Shown: piece after piece, positions 57,081 through 64,000 of the stretch
Numbering within the stretch: position 1 is the stretch's first letter
Layout of the letters: every line of letters begins with the position of its first letter
Source: Eubacteriales bacterium
GTDB taxonomy: Bacteria > Bacillota > Clostridia > Christensenellales > CAG-138
Assembly: GCA_034933205.1 (NCBI GenBank)
Contig: JAYFNY010000018.1
Span: forward strand, 30,394 to 94,393
Length of the DNA stretch: 64,000 bases
Reading direction: 5' to 3'
Program-made: the position numbers and the translations under genes
Notes under the pieces: generated by a model
The model's input: the letters and a program-made list of their open reading frames with translations, nothing else
What the model was told of the DNA's origin: nothing
Database searches by the model: none

Positions 57081-58271
57081 TTACTTCGTTTCGCAGGCGC
57101 TCAGCACCTGCTTGAGAATCGCAAGCCCTGCATCGATTTCGTCCTTCGTTATGGCGAGCGGCGGCATAAGACGGATGGTGTCCTCGCCCGCCGTGAGCGC
57201 GAGAAGACCGCCTGCAAGGAGTTTGACGACCGCATCCCGGTGCGAGCATGTAACCCCGACGCCGATCATAAGGCCCAGACCGCGTACGCTCGATACGACG
57301 GGAAGGCTCCAGCCTGCGATCTGCGCGCGGATATAGGCCCCTTTCCCGGTCACGTCGGCTAGAAATTCCGGCGTAAGCGTATCCAGAACCACAGTCGCGC
57401 CCGCGGCGCAGATCGGGTTTCCGCCAAAGGTTGTCGCGTGGGTGCCGGGCGTCAGCACGCCGGAGCAGCTTTTCGCGGCAAGCACGCCGCCGAACGGAAG
57501 CCCCGCCGCGATTCCCTTGGCAAAGGTAACGACATCCGGCTCGACGCCGTACTGCTGATAGCAGAAGAGCGTTCCCGTTCTGCCGACCCCGGTCTGTACT
57601 TCGTCGACGATCAGCAGGATATCGTTTTCTTTGCAGAAAGCCGCGACTTGCTGCACGAACGACTTTTCCAGCGGGAGCACGCCGCCCTCGCCCTGAATCA
57701 GCTCCATCATGACCGCGCAGACGCTCTTGTCGCACGTGTTCCGGACGCTTTCAAAATCGTTTGGTTCGGCGTAAAGGAATCCTTCCGTAAACGGGAAAAA
57801 GTATTGATGGAAAACGTCCTGTCCGGTTGCGGCGAGCGTTGTAACGGTGCGCCCATGGAAAGAGTGGTAAAGCGTGACGATCCGGTTCCGGCCCGCGCCG
57901 TATCGATCAAAGGAATATTTCCGCGCAAGCTTAATCGCGCCCTCGTTTGCTTCCGCACCCGAGTTGGAAAAGAACGCGCCCTTCATGCCGGTGCGCTCGC
58001 AGAGCGATTTTGCAACCAGCGCGACCGGTTCGGTATAATATAGGTTCGAGGTATGGGGAAGTTTCTTTGCCTGCCTGGCAATGGCTTCGACCCACCTGTC
58101 GTTTCCATAACCGAGGGAACAAACGCCGATGCCGCTGGCAAAATCGAGATATGTTTTTCCGTCGAAATCGGTCAGCGTTGCGCCTTCGCCCCGATCGAGC
58201 GCGACGGGGAAGCGCTTGTAAGTGCCCAGAATATACTCGTTCGTGAGCTGGATTACGTCCTGATTCGTCAT
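57081..58271 (-). CDS. argD: Acetylornithine aminotransferase
   Basis: [48 protein letters not shown]. Confidence 0.95.
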   Translation of the reverse strand: MTNQDVIQLTNEYILGTYKRFPVALDRGEGATLTDFDGKTYLDFASGIGVCSLGYGNDRWVEAIARQAKKLPHTSNLYYTEPVALVAKSLCERTGMKGAFFSNSGAEANEGAIKLARKYSFDRYGAGRNRIVTLYHSFHGRTVTTLAATGQDVFHQYFFPFTEGFLYAEPNDFESVRNTCDKSVCAVMMELIQGEGGVLPLEKSFVQQVAAFCKENDILLIVDEVQTGVGRTGTLFCYQQYGVEPDVVTFAKGIAAGLPFGGVLAAKSCSGVLTPGTHATTFGGNPICAAGATVVLDTLTPEFLADVTGKGAYIRAQIAGWSLPVVSSVRGLGLMIGVGVTCSHRDAVVKLLAGGLLALTAGEDTIRLMPPLAITKDEIDAGLAILKQVLSACETK

Positions 58272-58284
58272 ATTGGTTCTCCCT

Positions 58285-59139
58285 TCAGGCTGTTACCATC
58301 GTGCCGATGCCTTCGTCCGTCAGCATCTCGATGAGAATTGCGTGCGGCACGCGGCCGTCGATAATGAACGCGCGGTTCGCGCCCTGCCTGACCGCATGGG
58401 CGCAGCATTCCAATTTGGGGATCATGCCGCCCGTGATCACGCCGCTTTGCTGCAGATCGGGAATCTCGCCGAGCGAAAGATGCGGAATGAGCGTCAGCGG
58501 ATCTCCGGCGTCCCGCAGCACGCCCTTGGTATCCGTCATGTTGATGAGGCTCTCGGCCTGCAGCGCGCCCGCGATGCTTGCCGCCGCTGTGTCCGCGTTG
58601 ATATTGTATACGTTGCCGGCCTTATCACAGCCGAGCGTGGAGACCACGGGAATATAGCCCTTTTCAAGCAGGTCCCGGATTGGTTCGGGGTGGATGGCGA
58701 CGATTTCACCGACAAAGCCGAGCGATTCGTCCAGCATCTTTGCTTCGATCAGATGGCCGTCCATACCGCTTAACCCGACCGCGCGGCCGCCGACATTCTG
58801 AATCAAATTGACAAGACCTTTGTTAACCTTTCCCGCAAGAACCATCTGCGCGACTTCGACGGTCTCCTTGTCGGTGACCCGAAGGCCGTTGACGAACGTC
58901 GTTTCCTTGCCGAGCCTCTTCAGCGTGGCGCTGATCTCCGGCCCGCCGCCATGCACAAGAACGATCTTGATGCCAACGAGCGTGAGCAGCACCACGTCGC
59001 CCATAACGGCTTTCTTCAGCGTATCGTCTTCCATGGCGCTGCCGCCGTATTTCACTACGACAGTTTTGCCATAGTAATTCTGAATATACGGAAGTGCCTG
59101 AATGAGCACCTCGGCGCGTTTGGCAATATCGATGATCAT
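58285..59139 (-). CDS. argB: Acetylglutamate kinase
   Basis: VVKYGGSAM, VHGGGPEI, GLRVTD, YNINAD, GGMIPK. Confidence 0.97.
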   Translation of the reverse strand: MIIDIAKRAEVLIQALPYIQNYYGKTVVVKYGGSAMEDDTLKKAVMGDVVLLTLVGIKIVLVHGGGPEISATLKRLGKETTFVNGLRVTDKETVEVAQMVLAGKVNKGLVNLIQNVGGRAVGLSGMDGHLIEAKMLDESLGFVGEIVAIHPEPIRDLLEKGYIPVVSTLGCDKAGNVYNINADTAAASIAGALQAESLINMTDTKGVLRDAGDPLTLIPHLSLGEIPDLQQSGVITGGMIPKLECCAHAVRQGANRAFIIDGRVPHAILIEMLTDEGIGTMVTA

Positions 59140-60347
59140 GTGCGGTAGTCTCCGTTGATCTTCACATAGTCGTACGTTAAGTCGCAGCCGTAAGTAGTCG
59201 CGGAGGCGTCGCCCTCTTTCAGCGAAATCTCAATATTGATCTCGCTTTCGGAAAGCACCTTTTTCGCAAGCTCCTCGGAAAACGTCACACCCGTTCCATA
59301 CCGGCAGACCTCGACGGATCCCGCTGCGGAGGAAAACGTGACGCCGATTTGGTGAACGTCCAATGCCACGCCCGCATAGCCAAGCGCGCAGAGCACACGG
59401 CCCCAGTTGGCGTCCGCGCCGAACATGGCGCACTTAACGAGCGGCGAATTGATCACACTTTTGCTGAGCATTACAGCGCTTGCATGATCCTTCGCGCCTT
59501 TCAGCAGACAGGTAATCAGCTTCGTCGCGCCTTCGCCGTCGCCCGCGATGGAACGGCTCAGATACTGCGTTACGGCGGAAAGGGCCGCCTTGAATACGTT
59601 GAAATCTTCGTTTGCTTCCGTGATCGGCTTGTTGCCGGCCATACCGTTGGCGAGCAAGGTGACCATATCGTTTGTGGAGGTGTCCCCGTCGATGCTGACC
59701 ATGTTGAAGCTGTTCGGTACGTCTTCGCTGAGCGCTTTCTGAAGCATGGCGGGGGAGATGGCCGCGTCGGTTGTGACGAATCCCAGCATGGTAGCCATGT
59801 TCGGCTGGATCATGCCGCTGCCCTTGCAGATTCCGCCGATATGACAGGTCTTGCTGCCGAGGGTAAACTCGAAAGCAATCTCTTTCTTCTTCACGTCCGT
59901 GGTCATAATGGCTTCCGCCGCGGCGTTGCTGTCGTTCCCAAGCGCGGCAACGAGCGGAGAAATTCCGCTGGCGATGGGGTCGATGTCCAGCGGTTTACCG
60001 ATTACGCCCGTCGAGGCGACTACCACGTCGCTTGCGGGGATTCCAAGCGCAACGCCGAGCAGTTCGCACATTTTCTGCGCAATTTCCACGCCGTTGACAT
60101 TGCAGGTGTTGGCGTTGCCGCTGTTGCAGAGGATGGCGCTGGCGTACCCGTCGGATACGTTCGCTTTTGTCACGGCGATCGGCGCGCCCTGCACCAGATT
60201 CTGCGTGTATACGCAGGCGCAGGCGGCCTTCGTTTCACTTACGATGAGCGCGAGGTCCTTCTTGCTCTTGTTTTTCCGAATGCCGCAGTAGATGCCTGCG
60301 GCTTTATATCCTTTTGCGGCGCAAACGCCGCCTTCAATCTGTTTCAT
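59136..60347 (-). CDS. argJ: Ornithine acetyltransferase
   Basis: NSGNAN, ASTGVIG, IMTTD, KGSGMIQPNMATML, DGDTSTND, DGEGATK, DANWGR, YVKINGDYRT. Confidence 0.97.
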   Translation of the reverse strand: MKQIEGGVCAAKGYKAAGIYCGIRKNKSKKDLALIVSETKAACACVYTQNLVQGAPIAVTKANVSDGYASAILCNSGNANTCNVNGVEIAQKMCELLGVALGIPASDVVVASTGVIGKPLDIDPIASGISPLVAALGNDSNAAAEAIMTTDVKKKEIAFEFTLGSKTCHIGGICKGSGMIQPNMATMLGFVTTDAAISPAMLQKALSEDVPNSFNMVSIDGDTSTNDMVTLLANGMAGNKPITEANEDFNVFKAALSAVTQYLSRSIAGDGEGATKLITCLLKGAKDHASAVMLSKSVINSPLVKCAMFGADANWGRVLCALGYAGVALDVHQIGVTFSSAAGSVEVCRYGTGVTFSEELAKKVLSESEINIEISLKEGDASATTYGCDLTYDYVKINGDYRT

Positions 60348-60389
60348 GCTTGTGAACCCTTTCGTTTTGCGCGTCGCTCCCGCGCGTCT

Positions 60390-61327
60390 TTATTTTCCGC
60401 CGAGGTTGAGCCCTTCGTAGGGATCGGCCCCGATCATGATATTCATCAGCTGAATCGCGGCGCCGCTGGCGCCTTTTCCCAGGTTATCGAACCTTGCAAG
60501 CAGCGTAATGCGTTCGTCGTTGCCGGAAACGCAGATATCCATACCGTCCAGATCCGAGAGTTTTCCGCTTGCGAGATAGCCGTGTTCGTCCATCTGCTCG
60601 CGGTAGCGCACCATGGGGCCGCTGTATCGCTCGCGGTAGAGGGTCCGGATATCCTCGACGGTATAGCCGTCCGCGAGCTGACTTTGAAACACCGACAGAA
60701 TGGTAAGCATACCGTTGAAGTAATCCGCCACGATCGGGAAAAACGCCGGCGCGGTGGAAAGCCCGCTGTAGTGCTGCATTTCTTTCAGGTGCTTATGGTG
60801 CTGTCCCAGCGCGTATAAACGCGGGGATTTCAGCAGAACGTCCCGGTAATCCGACTCGTATTGCGCGATCATCTTGTGCCCGCCGCCGCTGTAACCAGTA
60901 AGCGAGGTGCAACTGAGCAACGCGTCCTTTTTTAGAATGCCCGCCGTAACAAGCGGGGCGGTGAGCGCCAGGAACCCGCTTGCATGGCAGCCGGGGACGG
61001 AAACGCGCTTCGCTCCATTGAGCTTCTCAAAGCCGCCGTCCCAGGGTTCGGGCAGCCCGTAAACCCAGCCTGCGGAAATCCGGTGCGCCGTGGAAGGATC
61101 GAGGATGGCGACGTGCTCCTGCTCAACCATGCCGACGGCCTCGATGGCGGCGTCCTCCGGCAAGCAGAGGAAGGCGATGTCGCAGAGATTCAGCATCTCT
61201 TTACGCAGGACGGGATTCTTGCGTTCTTTCTCCGGCAGGGCCAAAAGCTCGAGATCGCCGCGCTGGGAGAGACGATCGTAAATCCGCAGCCCCGTCGTTC
61301 CCTCTTTGCCGTCGATAAAAACTTTTG

Positions 61328-61331
<4 letters not shown>
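60390..61331 (-). CDS. argC: N-acetyl-gamma-glutamyl-phosphate reductase (type 2)
   Basis: KVFIDGKEGTTGL, FLCLP, STAHR, PGCHASGF, GYSGGG, DNLGKGASGAA. Confidence 0.95.
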
Positions 61332-62704
<1,373 letters not shown>

Positions 62705-62842
62705 TTCTTTTACATCCTTGCTGTCGTTTGGCGGCGAGCGCCCGCCGGAGGCGGGCACATCGCACAACTAGATTGTATCAGATAATACGGATTTCCGTCC
62801 GCATTCCTTTCAACGGAGTTTGCTTTTCGTTCCCCGTCTACG

Positions 62843-63068
62843 CCATAGCGTTTACTGTCCAATAAACAAAGCTTACTTCTTGTTCTTCGCCTGTACCATA
62901 GCGTTTACTGTCCAATAAGCAAAGGTTACTTCTTGTTCTTCGCCTGCACCATAGCGTTTACTGTCCAATAAGCAAAGGTTACTTCTTGTTCTTCGCCTGT
63001 ACCATAGTGTTAACTGTCCGATAAACAAAGATTACTTCTTGTTCTTCGCCTGTACCATGGCGTTTACT
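62843..63068. repeat. 53 bp tandem repeat (~4.3 copies) comprising the argG C-terminus, stop codon and 3' flank
   Basis: ccatagcgtttactgtccaataa(a/g)caaagnttacttcttgttcttcgcctg(t/c)a at 62843, 62896, 62949, 63002, partial at 63055. Confidence 0.95.
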
Positions 63069-64000
63069 TTAGTCGGCAAGCCGAAGAGATTGATAAATCC
63101 TTCCGCATCCTTCTGATTATAGTCGCTCTTGCCGAACGTGGCGATGGCTTCCGAATAGAGGCTGTAAGGACTTGTGATGCCGGCTTTGATGATGTTGCCC
63201 TTGTAGAGCTTAAGCTTGACTTCGCCGGTCACGGTTTCCTGCGTTTTATCGACAAAGGCGGCGAGCGCTTCCCGAAGCGGCGAGAACCAGAGGCCGTTAT
63301 ACACGAGCTCGGCATAGGTTATGGAGAGCTCCTGCTTCTTATGCGCCGTCATCTTGTCCAGCGTGATGGTTTCCAGCGCCTCGTGCGCCTTATATAGGAT
63401 CGTACCGCCGGGAGTCTCGTAGACGCCGCGGCATTTGATGCCGACGAGCCGGTTTTCCACGATGTCCAGAAGGCCGATGCCGTTTTCACCGCCGACCTTG
63501 TTGAGCGCGAGAATGATTTCCTTGGCGCTCATCTTTTTACCGTTGAGCGAAACGGGAGCGCCCTTTTCAAACCCGATGGTTACGTAGGTGGGTTTGTCCG
63601 GCGCAAGTTCGGGGCAAACGCTCATCTCCAGAAAACCGTCCTTCTGGTAAAGCGGTTCGCCGGAAGGGTCTTCCAGATCGAGGCCTTCATGCGAGAGGTG
63701 CCAGAGGTTCTTATCCTTTGAGTAGTTGGTCTCGCGGTTGATCTTCAAGGGCACGTCATGCGCTTCCGCGTAAGCAATTTCTTCTTCGCGGCTCTTGATG
63801 CTCCATTCCCGCCACGGAGCGATAATCTTCATGTTCGGGGCGAAGTGCTTGATGGTCAGTTCGAAACGTACCTGATCGTTTCCCTTGCCGGTGCATCCGT
63901 GCGCAATGGCGTCCGCGCCTTCCTTCAGCGCGATTTCAGCGATACGCGCCGCAATCACGGGCCGCGCAAACGAAGTGCCGAGCAGATAGTCTTCATAGAT
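63032..64000 (-). CDS. argG: Argininosuccinate synthase (5' end outside window)
   Basis: [64 protein letters not shown]. Confidence 0.97.
   Translation of the reverse strand: MYEDYLLGTSFARPVIAARIAEIALKEGADAIAHGCTGKGNDQVRFELTIKHFAPNMKIIAPWREWSIKSREEEIAYAEAHDVPLKINRETNYSKDKNLWHLSHEGLDLEDPSGEPLYQKDGFLEMSVCPELAPDKPTYVTIGFEKGAPVSLNGKKMSAKEIILALNKVGGENGIGLLDIVENRLVGIKCRGVYETPGGTILYKAHEALETITLDKMTAHKKQELSITYAELVYNGLWFSPLREALAAFVDKTQETVTGEVKLKLYKGNIIKAGITSPYSLYSEAIATFGKSDYNQKDAEGFINLFGLPTKVNAMVQAKNKK

Noticed and set aside
62843..63068. Possible CRISPR array
   Set aside because: The units are contiguous 53 bp copies with no unique spacers, they derive from argG coding sequence, and no cas genes are present.

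Overview
A ~57% GC (estimated by eye) chromosomal segment of an anaerobic Clostridia-like Firmicute. Most of it is housekeeping: dnaD/dnaC-like genes, a tRNA methyltransferase, mtnP/mtnA-like genes, a D-amino-acid aminotransferase, metA, rsmF, an SOS-controlled dinB cassette, pepF, nfnAB, cca, glnS, gltX, ychF, a multidomain flavodiiron protein with apbE/eetB/eetA-like genes, yjdF with its riboswitch, and the argG-H-C-J-B-D-F operon. The main accessory block is an ~18 kb carbohydrate locus of unknown substrate (37.2-55.5 kb). It carries two separate copies of a [divergent TIM-like isomerase + YjbQ/UPF0047] gene pair, plus an FGGY kinase, SIS isomerase, fucose/arabinose-isomerase-like protein, mutarotase, ceramidase-like hydrolase, ABC and MFS transporters and three regulators, with no recognisable aldolase or dehydrogenase. 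Other notable signals are a membrane-anchored sigma-region-2-only protein, a highly structured ~193 bp MITE flanked by a 23 bp duplicated terminator hairpin, seven AT-rich REP-like palindromes clustered around nfnB-cca-glnS-gltX-ychF, a 53 bp tandem amplification of the argG 3' end, and a 14 bp x4 repeat between dnaD and dnaC. No CRISPR array, rRNA, tRNA or transposase was seen. All calls rest on motif recognition by eye; no database search was run.
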